Assembly (NCBI GenBank): GCA_964016885.1
Contig: OZ024764.1
Coordinates: 15,872,001-15,936,000, forward strand
Length of the DNA: 64,000 nucleotides
Direction: 5' to 3'
Source: Eledone cirrhosa
Taxonomy: Eukaryota
The notes under the pieces are model-generated. The model did not search any database. It was not told the DNA's origin and saw only the letters and a list, made by a program, of their open reading frames with translations. Of this stretch, positions 13,038 through 28,190 are shown one piece after another. Numbering within the stretch: the stretch's first letter is position 1; each line of letters starts with the position of its first letter. Made by a program: the position numbers and the translations under genes.

Positions 13038-16000
13038 GTACAGGACCTCATAACTTAACTAACACGGGGTCTAATAACTTAACTAACACAGGACCTCATA
13101 ACTTAACTAGTACAGGACCTCATAACTTAACTAGTACAGGACCTCATAACTTAACTAGTACAGGACCTCATAACTTAACTAGTACAGGACCTCATAACTT
13201 AACTAGTACAGGACCTCATAACTTAACTAGTACAGGACCTCATAACTTAACTAACACAGGACCTCATAACTTAACTAGTACAGGACCTCATAACTTAACT
13301 AGTACAGGACCTCATAACTTAACTAGTACAGGACCTCATAACTTAACTAACACGGGGTCTAATAACTTAACTAACACAGGACCTCATAACTTAACTAGTA
13401 CAGGACCTCATAACTTAACTAACACAGGACCTCATAACTTAACTAGTACAGGACCTCATAACTTAACTAGTACAGGACCTCATAACTTAACTAGTACAGG
13501 ACCTCATAACTTAACTAACACAGGACCTCATAACTTAACTAGTACAGGACCTCATAACTTAACTAACACAGGACCTCATAACTTAACTAGTACAGGACCT
13601 CATAACTTAACTAACACAGGACCTCATAACTTAACTAGTACAGGACCTCATAACTTAACTAACACAGGACCTCATAACTTAACTAGTACAGGACCTCATA
13701 ACTTAACTAGTACAGGACCTCATAACTTAACTAGTACAGGGTCTCATAACTTAACTAGTACAGGGTCTCATAACTGAACTAGTACAGGACCTCATAACTT
13801 AACTAGTACAGGACCTCATAACTTAACTAACACAGGACCTCATAACTTAACTAGTACAGGACCTCATAACTTAACTAGTACAGGGTCTCATAACTTAACT
13901 AGTACAGGGTCTCATAACTGAACTAGTACAGGACCTCATAACTTAACTAGTACAGGGTCTCATAACTTAACTAGTACAGGACCTCATAACTTAACTAGTA
14001 CAGGACCTCATAACTTAACTAGTACAGGGTCTCATAACTTAACTAGTACAGGGTCTCATAACTTAACTAGTACAGGACCTCATAACTTAACTAACACAGG
14101 ACCTCATAACTTAACTAGTACAGGACCTCATAACTTAACTAGTACAGGACCTCATAACTTAACTAACACAGGACCTCATAACTTAACTAGTACAGGACCT
14201 CATAACTTAACTAGTACAGGACCTCATAACTTAACTAACACAGGACCTCATAACTTAACTAGTACAGGACCTCATAACTTAACTAGTACAGGACCTCATA
14301 ACTTAACTAACACAGGACCTCATAACTTAACTAGTACAGGACCTCATAACTTAACTAGTACAGGGTCTCATAACTTAACTAGTACAGGGTCTCATAACTG
14401 AACTAGTACAGGACCTCATAACTTAACTAGTACAGGACCTCATAACTTAACTAACACAGGACCTCATAACTTAACTAGTACAGGACCTCATAACTTAACT
14501 AGTACAGGACCTCATAACTTAACTAGTACAGGGTCTCATAACTTAACTAGTACAGGGTCTCATAACTTAACTAGTACAGGGTCTCATAACTGAACTAGTA
14601 CAGGACCTCATAACTTAACTAGTACAGGACCTCATAACTTAACTAACACAGGACCTCATAACTTAACTAGTACAGGACCTCATAACTTAACTAGTACAGG
14701 ACCTCATAACTTAACTAACACAGGACCTCATAACTTAACTAGTACAGGACCTCATAACTTAACTAACACAGGACCTCATAACTTAACTAGTACAGGACCT
14801 CATAACTTAACTAGTACAGGGTCTCATAACTGAACTAGTACAGGGTCTCATAACTTAACTAGTACAGGACCTCATAACTTAACTAACACAGGACCTCATA
14901 ACTTAACTAGTACAGGGTCTCATAACTGAACTAGTACAGGACCTCATAACTTAACTAGTACAGGACCTCATAACTTAACTAACACAGGACCTCATAACTT
15001 AACTAGTACAGGACCTCATAACTTAACTAGTACAGGGTCTCATAACTTAACTAGTACAGGGTCTCATAACTTAACTAGTACAGGACCTCATAACTTAACT
15101 AGTACAGGACCTCATAACTTAACTAGTACAGGGTCTCATAACTTAACTAGTACAGGGTCTCATAACTTAACTAGTACAGGACCTCATAACTTAACTAACA
15201 CAGGACCTCATAACTTAACTAGTACAGGACCTCATAACTTAACTAGTACAGGACCTCATAACTTAACTAACACAGGACCTCATAACTTAACTAGTACAGG
15301 ACCTCATAACTTAACTAGTACAGGACCTCATAACTTAACTAACACAGGACCTCATAACTTAACTAGTACAGGACCTCATAACTTAACTAGTACAGGACCT
15401 CATAACTTAACTAACACAGGACCTCATAACTTAACTAGTACAGGACCTCATAACTTAACTAGTACAGGGTCTCATAACTTAACTAGTACAGGGTCTCATA
15501 ACTGAACTAGTACAGGACCTCATAACTTAACTAGTACAGGACCTCATAACTTAACTAACACAGGACCTCATAACTTAACTAGTACAGGACCTCATAACTT
15601 AACTAGTACAGGACCTCATAACTTAACTAGTACAGGGTCTCATAACTTAACTAGTACAGGGTCTCATAACTTAACTAGTACAGGGTCTCATAACTGAACT
15701 AGTACAGGACCTCATAACTTAACTAGTACAGGACCTCATAACTTAACTAACACAGGACCTCATAACTTAACTAGTACAGGACCTCATAACTTAACTAGTA
15801 CAGGACCTCATAACTTAACTAACACAGGACCTCATAACTTAACTAGTACAGGACCTCATAACTTAACTAACACAGGACCTCATAACTTAACTAGTACAGG
15901 ACCTCATAACTTAACTAGTACAGGGTCTCATAACTGAACTAGTACAGGGTCTCATAACTTAACTAGTACAGGACCTCATAACTTAACTAACACAGGACCT

Positions 16001-16878
16001 CATAACTTAACTAGTACAGGGTCTCATAACTGAACTAGTACAGGACCTCATAACTTAACTAGTACAGGACCTCATAACTTAACTAACACAGGACCTCATA
16101 ACTTAACTAGTACAGGACCTCATAACTTAACTAGTACAGGACCTCATAACTTAACTAGTACAGGGTCTCATAACTTAACTAGTACAGGACCTCATAACTT
16201 AACTAGTACAGGACCTCATAACTTAACTAACACAGGACCTCATAACTTAACTAGTACAGGACCTCATAACTTAACTAACACAGGACCTCATAACTTAACT
16301 AGTACAGGGTCTCATAACTGAACTAGTACAGGACCTCATAACGTAACTAGTACAGGGTCTCATAACTTAACTAGTACAGGACCTCATAACTTAACTAGTA
16401 CAGGACCTCATAACTTAACTAGTACAGGACCTCATAACTTAACTAGTACAGGACCTCATAACTTAACTAGTACAGGACCTCATAACTTAACTAGTACAGG
16501 ACCTCATAACTTAACTAGTATAGGACCTCATAACTTAACTAGTACAGGACCTCATAACTTAACTAGTACAGGACCTCATAACTTAACTAGTACAGGACCT
16601 CATAACTTAACTAACACAGGACCTCATAACTTAACTAGTACAAGACCTCATAACTTAACTAACACAGGACCTCATAACTTAACTAGTACAGGACCTCATA
16701 ACTTAACTAGTACAGGACCTCATAACTTAACTAACACAGGACCTCATAACTTAACTAGTACAGGACCTCATAACTTAACTAACACAGGACCTCATAACTT
16801 AACTAGTACAAGACCTCATAACTTAACTAACACAGGACCTCATAACTTAACTAGTACAGGACCTCATAACTTAACTAG
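13038..16878. repeat. 24-bp minisatellite (gtacaggacctcataacttaacta), about 160 copies
   Basis: Directly visible, with a few recurring variants. Confidence 0.98.
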
Positions 16879-17901
16879 GTGGTGATGGTGGTTGATATGG
16901 TGGTGGTGGTGGTGGTGATGGTGGTGGTGGTGGTGGTTGATATGATGGTGGTGGTGGTGGTGGTTGATATGGTGGTGGTGGTGGTGGTGGTGATGGTTGA
17001 TATGGTGGTGGTGGTGGTGGTGGTGGTTGATATGATGGTGGTGGTGGTGGTGGTGGTTGATATGATGGTGGTGGTGGTGGTGGTGGTTGATATGATGGTG
17101 GTGGTGGTGGTGGTGGTGACATAAATACTAATGTCCCACTTTAGGGGGAGAAACCCCAAAAAATCTACTAAAAACTGTTAATAAATTCTGTGAAGACATA
17201 AAACTGGGGAAGGGGAGGGGGGTAGATAACTGTGGCAGATAGGACGAGGGTGGGGCCACAACAACAGTAGCAACAACAACAACAACAACAACAGTAACAA
17301 CAACAACAGTAACTACGGAAAAAGGGGTTGAATTAATTAACAGAAGAGGTTATTATTGGCATATCAGAGAATTAATTAGAGCAGAACCAGACTAACGAAT
17401 ATTTTAGGGGTTAGTTATGAAAGGACTAGGTTAGGGGTTATATATACACACACACACATATATATATATATACATATAACATATATATATATATATATAT
17501 ACCAACCTCATTTACAGTGTGGGCTGGGTGCTTTTTTGTAGTGACACCTACACTACTACTTTACAGAGTGGACTGGGTGTTTTTTTGTAGTGACACCTAC
17601 ACTACCACTTTACAGAGTGGACTGGGTGTTTTTTGTAGTGACACCTACACTACCACTTTACAGAGTGGACTGGGTGTTTTTTGTAGTGACACCTACATGA
17701 CCACTTTACAGAGTGGACTGGGTGTTTTTTGTAGTGACACCTACATGACCACTTTACAGAGTGGACTGGGTGTTTTTTGTAGTGACACCTACATGACCAC
17801 TTTACAGTGTGGACTGGGTACTTTTTGTCGTGGCACCTACATGACCACTTTGCAGTGGGAGGGGGTGGGGCATATTGTCTATAAGCTTCGGCTTATATAT
17901 A

Positions 17902-18672
17902 CAGGGTGCGAACGATATTTGTTCGCAAGATTACTGTCTAGGAAAATATAACAGTAGTTTTATTTTAAAAAATATATTTATCAAACTTGGGTCAGTTTGT
18001 CTTCATGACTTGTTCTTTCGATCTCACTCGATAAACCCGCCATTGGCTTTGATGACGGCCTCAAGGCGGCCTCGGAACCGGCTACAGGCCTTCGTCACTG
18101 TCCCCCGACTTAGGCCCCTAAAGGCACTTGTGATCCTGGCCTTCAGATCGTCTTTCGTATTGCAGCTAGATCTGTTGGTGTCTCGTTCCACTGTGCCCCA
18201 CACAAAGAAGTCGAGGGGGTTGCAGTCAGGCGAGCTGGGAGGCCAGATGTCAGGTGAAGTGTGGTCGACAAAGTTCTCTGACAGCCAGGCTTGGGTCTTT
18301 TAGCTGGAATGGCAGGGCACTGAGTCTTGCTGCCACACGTACGGCCTACCTGCAGCTACCTGGTCGATCCAGAGCTTTACTACCTCGCTCAGAACGCGGA
18401 TGTAGCCATCGGTGTTCAGCTTGAGACCCTCAGGGAAGAAGTGAGGTGGCATGATGTCACCTTGACTGCTGACGACACCTAAGACCAATGTTGTCACTGG
18501 AAATTTTGTCTGCATGACTCTGGGCACGTCTTTGGATGAGACAGCGAGCCACCTGTTGTTCTGGGAGTTGATCTTTTGGTCCTTATTTGTCCCCCCCCCC
18601 CCCGGCGCGGATTCCAAGAAGAACTCTGTGTCTCTTCCACAAATATTGAGGTTCAAAATTATTCATAATCAA
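17902..18672 (-). mobile_element. Tc1/mariner DD37D element, internally deleted, one end lost
   Basis: TA plus TIR cagggtgcgaacgatatttgttcgcaa; transposase C-half (YVWQQDS); closely matches the copy at 62668. Confidence 0.88.
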
Positions 18673-18681
18673 TATTATTAA

Positions 18682-18862
18682 GGGCGGTGGATTGGCAGTA
18701 TCGGTAGAGGGTCGGACGCCATGCTTTCCAGCATAAAGTTACGTCCCTTTACAATCTGAGTTCAAATCCCGCCGAGGTTTCATCCTTACGGGGTCGATAA
18801 AATAAAGTACCAGTAATACACTGGGATAATTGCTGGCCTTGTGCCAAAAGTAGAAACAATTA
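18682..18862 (+). mobile_element. tRNA-derived SINE family B (also about 920, 7080, 23650, 36165, 38670, 47193, 54882, 55140)
   Basis: B box gagttcaaatcc and conserved gcctttcatccttacggggtcgataaaataaagtacc domain. Confidence 0.88.
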
Positions 18863-19286
18863 TATATATATGTATATAAGTATTGAAGTTTCTGTTGAAA
18901 TAATCAACATACTCTAACTATATTTCCTTATTTTATTTTTATATATTTTATATATGAAGGCACATGGCTTAGTGGTTAGAGCATTGGCCTTGCAATCGAA
19001 AGGTTGTGAGTTCAATTCTCAGACCGGGTGATGTGTTGTTTCCTTGAGCAAGACACTTTATTTCACATTGCTCCAGTTTACTCAGCTGTAGAAATGAGAT
19101 GATAGGGACTGGGGTCCCTATCATTCCACTGCAAAGTGGTCGTGGAGGTGCCACGGCAAAAAAGCACCCAGCACTCACTGTAAATGAGGTTGGCGTTAGG
19201 AAGGGCATCCAGCTGTAGAAATCAAGCCAGCATCAGTTCCCGTCCCACCCTTGCAAGCAGGGAAAAGCGGACGTAAAATGATGATG

Positions 19287-19320
<34 letters not shown>

Positions 19321-19435
19321 GTGTGTATGTATATGTATATATGTATATATGTATATATGTGTATGTATATATATATATATGCATATATATATGTATATAT
19401 ATGCATATATATATGTATATATATGTGTGTATGTT

Positions 19436-19466
<31 letters not shown>

Positions 19467-19471
19467 ATGTT

Positions 19472-19504
<33 letters not shown>

Positions 19505-19549
19505 ATGTTTATATATATATATATATGTATATATATATGTGTGTATGTT

Positions 19550-19580
<31 letters not shown>

Positions 19581-19582
19581 AT

Positions 19583-19624
<42 letters not shown>

Positions 19625-19626
19625 AT

Positions 19627-19664
<38 letters not shown>

Positions 19665-19669
19665 ATGTT

Positions 19670-19702
<33 letters not shown>

Positions 19703-19724
19703 ATGTTTATATACCGGGAGAGAT

Positions 19725-20125
19725 GACCCCTTAGCCTTTGTCAAGGCAGAATTCTAGGAGAAGGAAAACTCTGATATAACACCTGCAACTCTGATGGTAT
19801 CCAATGATGTTGACTTGTTCTTCTTTTTGGTAAATATCATCTTGGTTAAGAGAGTGGGACTGGCTTTGTGCAGTGCCTTTGCTCACTATAAAAGCTTCAC
19901 GGCACAGGCATTGCTTTATATCTGGAGATCTCTCTGCACTTGTCGTCACATGGTACCATGGGCCCAGCACTGTGTGTCAATAATTGTCACAAGTGTAGTG
20001 TTTGTACCAGAGTTTTCAAGTCTCTGGCTGGACTAAAAAGTCACACTCGTTCAGCGCATCGGTAGGGGTTCTCCTACATGGATATAAAGTAGTGGCCATA
20101 CTCGAAAACGAGTTGGCAGCCACCA
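19725..20125. mobile_element. Dispersed unclassified repeat (also 5105-5455 and 8079-8300)
   Basis: Three near-identical copies in the window; possibly a LINE 5' region. Confidence 0.7.
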
Positions 20126-20151
20126 TGTATATATATATATGTGTGTGTGTA

Positions 20152-20194
<43 letters not shown>

Positions 20195-20809
20195 ATGTTT
20201 ATATTTATATGTAGGAGAGAGGGTACACGACAATAATTTCATTAAAAGAGGTTCAGGGAGTGCAGTGGCGTCTGTGGTGGTCTTTTATTGGGTAATTGAA
20301 GCGGCGGATGATGGCAGAGATAGTAGCCCTACTGTAGCACCACTGCCACTACCACTACCACCACTACCACCACCACCACCACTACCACCACCACCACTAC
20401 CACTACCACCACTCCCACTACCACCACCACCACCACCACCACCACTACCACCACTCCCACTACCACTACCACCACCACCACCACCACCACTACCACTACC
20501 ACCACCACCACCACTACCACTACCACCACCACCACCACCACTACCACTACCACCACCACCACCACTACCACCACCACCACTACCACCACTACCACCACCA
20601 CCACTACCACCACTACCACCACTACCACCACTACCACCACTACCACCACCACCACCACTACCACCACCACCACCACCACCACCACCACCACCACTACCAC
20701 CACCACCACCACCACCACCACCGCCATCTATATGGACCATTCTTTCCAAACCAACCAAAATCAGCATCCTTCCCCCACAGGGTCTTTTTAATATATATAT
20801 TATATATAT

Positions 20810-20927
<118 letters not shown>

Positions 20928-20955
20928 ATATATACACACACACACATATATATAT

Positions 20956-20986
<31 letters not shown>

Positions 20987-21104
20987 CATATATACATATA
21001 TATATACATATACATATATATATACATACGTATACATATATATATTATATATATATATGCACACACACACGCATATATATATATATATATACATATATAT
21101 ATAC

Positions 21105-21176
<72 letters not shown>

Positions 21177-21783
21177 GTATATATACATATATATGTATAT
21201 ATACATATATATGTATATATGTGTGTATCATAAATCTACATTAAAGAAAAATGATGCTGTTTTTGTTTGCTTATCTGATATATACACACTGTGTGTATAT
21301 ATATATATGTTAGAAGTGTGGTGGAGTGTATATATATTGCTACTGTATATAAATATATACATAGTAACATAAGTATTTTATTGTAGATATATAGATCACC
21401 ACCACCACCACCACCACCACCACCACCACCACCACCACCATCACCACCACCACCAACATCACCACCATCACCACCACCACCATCACCACCATCACCACCA
21501 CCATCACCACCACCACCACCACCACCACCACCACCATCACCACCATCACCACCACCACCACCATCACCACCACCACCACCACCATCATCACCACCACCAC
21601 CAACATCACCACCACCACCACCACCACCACCACCATCATCACCACCACCACCACCATCATCACCACCACCACCACCACCACCATCACCACCATCACCACC
21701 ACCACCACCACCACCATCACCACCATCACCACCACCATCATCACCACCATCACCACCACCACCACCACCATCATCACCACCAT

Positions 21784-22005
21784 CTACATACAGGAATTCC
21801 CAGGGAGAGCCAGTCTTAAACTCTTCTGTTTTAGCCAGTAGGTTGATAAAAAAAATAGGTGAGGGCGAAGGACAAATCTCTGATGGACTCCTACCTGTAC
21901 AGTAAATTCCTCATTATAGTCATATTCAACATCAAGTGACAAGACAGAACTCCTGACATCCATGTCCTTATCAAAGCAGAATGTCCAAACATTGAGTCCC
22001 AAGTA
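21784..22005 (-). mobile_element. Decayed RTE LINE reverse transcriptase fragment
   Basis: EEFTVQVGVHQRFVLRPHLF resembles the GVHQGSVLSPxLF motif. Confidence 0.65.
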
Positions 22006-22009
22006 AGAT

Positions 22010-23515
22010 CTTCTCAAATGCGCTGGACAGGACATATTGTCTGTACGAAAGAAAGCAGGATCCTGAAGCAACTGTTTTACGGTGAGCTCCATCTTGGAAA
22101 AAGACCTCAACACAAACCGAAAATGAGGTACAGGGTCAGCATGAACAACAACCATAAAGAGCTGGTATTTGATATAGACAACTTGGAGGAGATAGCTCTA
22201 AATAGGGCTCTGAGTGGAGAAAGTATATAAAGGGCAGTTGATATAGACAACTTGGAGAAGGTAGCTCTAAATAGGGCTCTGAGTGGAGAAAGTATATAAA
22301 GGGTAGTTGATATAGACAACTTGGAGAAGGTAGCTCTAAATAGGGCTCTGAGTGGAGAAAGTATATAAAGGGCAGTTGATATAGACAACTTGGAGGAGAT
22401 AGCTCTAAATAGGGCTCTGAGTGGAGAAAGTATATAAAGGGCAGTTGATATAGACAACTTGGAGAAGGTAGCTCTAAATAGGGCTCTGAGTGGAGAAAGT
22501 ATATAAAGGGTAGTTGATATAGACAACTTGGAGGAGATAGCTCTAAATAGGGCTCTGAGTGGAGAAAGTATATAAAGGGTAGTTGATATAGACAACTTGG
22601 AGGAGATAGCTCTAAATAGGGCTCTGAGTGGAGAAAGTATATAAAGGGTAGTTGATATAGACAACTTGGAGGAGATAGCTCTAAATAGGGCTCTGAGTGG
22701 AGAAAGTATATAAAGGGTAGTTGATATAGACAACTTGGAGGAGATAGCTCTAAATAGGGCTCTGAGTGGAGAAAGTACATAAAGGGCAGTTGATATAGAC
22801 AACTTGGAGGAGATAGCTCTAAATAGGGCTCTGAGTGGAGAAAGTATATAAAGGGTAGTTGATATAGACAACTTGGAGGAGATAGCTCTAAATAGGGTTC
22901 TGAGTGGAGAAAGTATATAAAGGGTAGTTGATATAGACAACTTGGAGGAGATAGCTCTAAATAGGGCTCTGAGTGGAGAAAGTATATAAAGGGTAGTTGA
23001 TATAGACAACTTGGAGGAGATAGCTCTAAATAGGGCTCTGAGTGGAGAAAGTATATAAAGGGTAGTTGATATAGACAACTTGGAGGAGATAGCTCTAAAT
23101 AGGGCTCTGAGTGGAGAAAGTACATAAAGGGCAGTTGATATAGACAACTTGGAGGAGATAGCTCTAAATAGGGCTCTGAGTGGAGAAAGTATATAAAGGG
23201 TAGTCGATATAGACAACTTGGAGGAGATAGCTCTAAATAGGGCTCTGAGTGGAGAAAGTACATAAAGGGCAGTTGATATAGACAACTTGGAGGAGATAGC
23301 TCTAAATAGGGCTCTGAGTGGAGAAAGTACATAAAGGGCAGTTGATATAGACAACTTGGAGGAGATAGCTCTAAATAGGGCTCTGAGTGGAGAAAGTATA
23401 TAAAGGGCAGTTGATATAGACAACTTGGAGGAGATAGCTCTAAATAGGGCTGAGTGGAGAAAGCACATAAAGGGCAGTCGCAAAACTTTTGAGCAATGTC
23501 GTCTAGAAGAGTGCT
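22010..23515 (+). mobile_element. RTE LINE 3' fragment with a 69-bp unit amplified about 19 times
   Basis: RWTGHIV...RILKQLFYGEL..GKR, then the array, then NRAEWRKHIKGS..FE. Confidence 0.85.
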
Positions 23516-25440
23516 ACTCAAAGTGGTGGTCCCAGGACTGGTGCCGGTACGCGAGTCATCAGCTACCGGTATGTGACCAGTGTCCAGGCCATGCTAAGGA
23601 ATCATTTGAGGAATTTTTTTAATTACTTTTTTATATTGTATTATTTGTTTGGCAGTATCTGTAGAGGGTCGGACGCCATGCTTTGACGCATAGAGATACG
23701 GCCCTTGCCATTCTGAGTTCAAATCCCGCCGAGGTTAACTTTGCCTTTCATCCTTACGGGGTCGATAAAATAAAGTACCAGTAATGCACTGGGATAATTG
23801 CTGGCCTTGTGCCAAAAGTAGAAACAATTATTTGTTTACAAAATAAATAGAAGATAAAAAAATGGTCAACTATTATTATATTCATTATATATATATCGGA
23901 AAAAATGAAACAAAATTTCATTTCCCACTCTTAGTACGGCTGTTACTTTAATATAAGTATGTACACGTACATACATATATGTATACAGACGTACAGTAGT
24001 ATGTATATATATATACATACATGCACACATATATACATGTACGTATGGATTCACCGAACATTTATTATAATGCTTAGTGTGTTTGTAAACAAACATCCCG
24101 TATTAAGCCGTAGTGTCCAGCAACCATCGTTGCTCGTTTGTTCAACACTGACAAAGGAACGCTGTACTAGTTTCAAGCTTATTAGCTATCGTCAGCAACG
24201 TATACCTTCCTGCCAGATTGTTGAACGTATATACTTACCTGATGCATATTAACGGCTGAGTAGCCCAATTTGCATATCGAGTGGGTTAATGGGCCGGGTG
24301 CACCGAAAACGATAAACGGAAAAAATGAAACGAAATTTCATTTCCCACTCTTAGTACAGCTGTTACTTAAATATAAGTATGTACACATTATATATATCGT
24401 TTCCGGTATAAATTAATATTACTACGAAATATTAGCGGTACGTGGCACATTGAAAAAAAAAAATGCTGGTCCGCCACATCAGATAGTTTGAGAAGCATTG
24501 GTGTAGAACATAGACAACTGAAGCATCAGCGCCGGAAGGGCTGTGTTCACAAGTCCACATTCGTTCATCAGACAAGGCAATTTCTTTGTATTGCCTTGTC
24601 TGATGAACGAATGAGAACGTTTCTTGTATTCGTCTTATTCGGGAAACCTCTGGTAATGAGGTAATTATACTGTATTGTTTATTATACATTAAATATTTAG
24701 CTCTGTAACTTACATAGAGCACTCTTCACTCCTACGACTTTTTCAATTTTCAACGGAAACTTCAATACTTATATATATATATATATATATATATGTATAC
24801 ATGTGTGTACATGTATGTATAATATTTGTACAGTATGTGTGTATATATTTGATGACAATATAGCTGTAGGCGTTCAAATGTAGATCAAGTTGGTGCTGGT
24901 ACACCAACACCACCACCAATACCACCACCACAACACCACTACCACCACCACCATCAATACCACCACCACCACCACCACTATTAACACCACCAACACCACC
25001 ACCACCACCACCACCACCACCGATGTCAGGGTATGTTATTACTGATGATGTGGAAGGATGGGGCAAGTTTCGTTGCCAGTGACAACGGAGGTGGGGAAGG
25101 GGGTGGTGGCGGTGGTAAGGAGGAGATGATGGTGGTGGTGGTGGTGGTGGTGATGGTGGTAAAGTTGTGTTCTCTGTGGTGGGGGTGAAGGGATGTTCTC
25201 TGTGGGGGTCGGGGTCGGGGTCGGGGTGGAGGGGCTGTTCTCTGGTGGTGGTGGTGTGGGTGTGTTCTCTGGTGTGTGTGGTGGTGGGGTGTGTTCTATA
25301 TGGTGGTGGTAGTGGAGGGTGTGTTCACTGGGGTGTGGGGCTGTGTATTTAGGGTGGAAGTAAAAGATATGGCACTTGTTTGAAGAATCTGTTTATATCA
25401 AATTGCTTATCACTGACTTTACATGTGTTGGGTGACACAC

Positions 25441-25477
<37 letters not shown>

Positions 25478-25590
25478 CAGACTGATAGATAGAGAGAGAG
25501 AGAGAGAGACAGACAGACTGATAGAGAGAGAGAGAGAGAGAGAGAGAGTGACAGACTGATAGATAGAGAGAGAGAGAGAGACTGACATAC

Positions 25591-25627
<37 letters not shown>

Positions 25628-25754
25628 CAGACTGATAGATAGAGAGAGAGAGAGACTGACATACTGATAGAGAGAGAGAGAGAGAGTGTGACAGACTGAT
25701 AGATAGAGAGAGAGAGAGACTGACATACTGATAGAGAGAGAGAGAGAGAGTGAC

Positions 25755-25813
<59 letters not shown>

Positions 25814-25846
25814 CAGATTGATAGAGAGAGAGAGAGACTGACAGAC

Positions 25847-25890
<44 letters not shown>

Positions 25891-25900
25891 ACAGACTGAT

Positions 25901-25931
<31 letters not shown>

Positions 25932-26044
25932 CAGACAGACTGATAGATAGAGAGAGAGAGAGAGACTGACATACTGATAGAGAGAGAGAGAGACTGACAG
26001 ACTGATAGAGAGAGAGAGAGAGAGAGAGAGACTGACAGACTGAT

Positions 26045-26077
<33 letters not shown>

Positions 26078-26086
26078 CAGACAGAC

Positions 26087-26129
<43 letters not shown>

Positions 26130-26343
26130 GAGACAGACAGACAGAGAGACAGACAGAGAGACAGACAGAGAGACATGCACACAGGCATTAAAATTAGATG
26201 TTAAACGATGATGATGATATATATATTTAAATATATATATCATCATCATCATCGTTTAACGTCCATCTTCCACGCTTGCATGGGTTTGGAACATATATAT
26301 ATATATACATGTGTATATATATATGTATATATATATATACATG

Positions 26344-26375
<32 letters not shown>

Positions 26376-27298
26376 TATACATGTGTATATATATATGTAT
26401 ATATATATATACATGTGTATATATATACATGTGTATATATATACATGTGTATATATATATGTATATATATATATATATGAGATCGTGTAGGTGTCACGAC
26501 AAAAAAACACACAGTCCACGCTGTAATGTGGCCATGTAGGCAACACGGTAAAAACCTCCCAGTCCACACTGTAAATGTGGTTGGTGTTAGGAAGGGCATC
26601 CAACCGTAGAAAACCTGCCAGACAGTCCTATGCGAGCAAGACAACCACTCTTGCCTCAAGTGGGAAAACCCCCGTCCAAACCCATGCAAGCGTGGAACAC
26701 GGACGCTAAACCTGATGATGATGATGATGATGATGATGATATGTGTATATATATATGTATATATATATATATATATGTGTATATATATATATGTGTGTAT
26801 ATATATATGTATATATATATATATATGTGTGTGTATATATATATATGTATATATATATATGTGTGTATATATATATGTATATATTGGGTTAGTTCAGTTC
26901 AAGCTGTCGGCTTGTGTTAAGTTATTGACTCAAGTGTGTGACATCAGAAGGTCAAGGAGATCTTAACCCTACAATGACCAACTAAACAATGACAGAGATA
27001 GCAGCCAAATCCACCTCAAATCTACTTATATATATATATTATAGATAACAAGGAATCAGTGATGCATCAAAACACAATTTATTAACATATTACATATGTT
27101 TCTCCGACGATCAGCTCTACTACCCTAAGTATTGAGTACTCTGGTGCGTTATGGTCCACCTGGTTCCTTACCACACTTCCTTTGTTATATATATATATAT
27201 ATATATATATATGTAGGAGGTGAGTTTTATTGTAGTACAATAAAGCAATGCAGATATCGGATAAGAAGCACTCTACAGTTTGTAGGACTGGAGTATAC

Positions 27299-27622
27299 AT
27301 AATATATAAGATCAAAAGATGGTTAAAGGAGTTCCATGTATTTTATTATGCGCATTTCAAAAACAAACATCATCATGCAATAATATTTGTGTTTTCATCA
27401 GATAAAACAGGAGAACATGATATGAAGGCTAAAAAAACACTTGTGGATAGTGCAGTTTTGATAAGTTGATTTAAAACTGCACTATCCACAAGTGTTTTTT
27501 AGCCTTCATATCATGTTCTCCTGTTTTATCTGATGAAAACACAAATATTATTGCATGATGATGTTTGTTTTTGAAATGCGCATAATAAAATACATGGAAC
27601 TCCTTTAACCATCTTTTGATCT

Positions 27623-27632
<10 letters not shown>
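27299..27632. repeat. Near-perfect fold-back palindrome, arms about 160 bp
   Basis: Arms are reverse complements around about 27460-27472. Confidence 0.95.
27522..27592 (+). ncRNA. Minimal type I hammerhead ribozyme motif (mirror copy on - strand)
   Basis: tgttttat-CTGATGA-aaac...gttttt-GAAA-tgcgca-TA-ataaaata. Confidence 0.7.
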
Positions 27633-27682
<50 letters not shown>

Positions 27683-28146
27683 GGATTTAAATGGATACAG
27701 TTCAGTAAAAGGAACTGTATCCATTTAAATCCTTCTATTTTCTCCGGATTACTTTTGAAACTACAACTGGAACCGTCGAGCAAACCCTACGTGAGCTGTC
27801 CATCTACTGTGTGTAATATTCATATTACAGGCACATGGAGGCACATGGCTTAGTGGTTAGAGCATTGGCCTTGCAATCGAAAGGTTGTGAGTTCAATTCT
27901 CAGACCGGGTGATGTGTTGTTTCCTTGAGCAAGACACTTTATTTCACATTGCTCCAGTTTACTCAGCTGCAAAGTGGTCGTGGAAGTGCCACGGCAAAAA
28001 AAGCATCCAGCACTCACTGTAAATGAGGTTGGTGTTAGGAAGGGCATCCAGCTGTAGAAATCAAGCCAGTATCAGTTCCCGTCCCACCCTTGCAAGCAGG
28101 GAAAAGCAGACGTAAAATGAAATGAATGAATGAACACTACGGAAAA

Positions 28147-28190
<44 letters not shown>

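Noticed and set aside
12965-13777. 270-aa ORF of TGPHNLTS repeats
   Set aside because: Translation of the 24-bp minisatellite; TGA variants interrupt the frame and there is no splice support.
13038-16878. Possible CRISPR array
   Set aside because: Head-to-tail units with no unique spacers, in a eukaryotic context.
21784-22170. Second twin-primed LINE
   Set aside because: The opposed fragments come from non-adjacent regions, probably different families, and no target-site duplication was seen.
22107-23521. Long minus-strand ORFs (also 43074-44585, 3268-4701, 9833-10999)
   Set aside because: Stop-free frames of tandem repeats or microsatellites.
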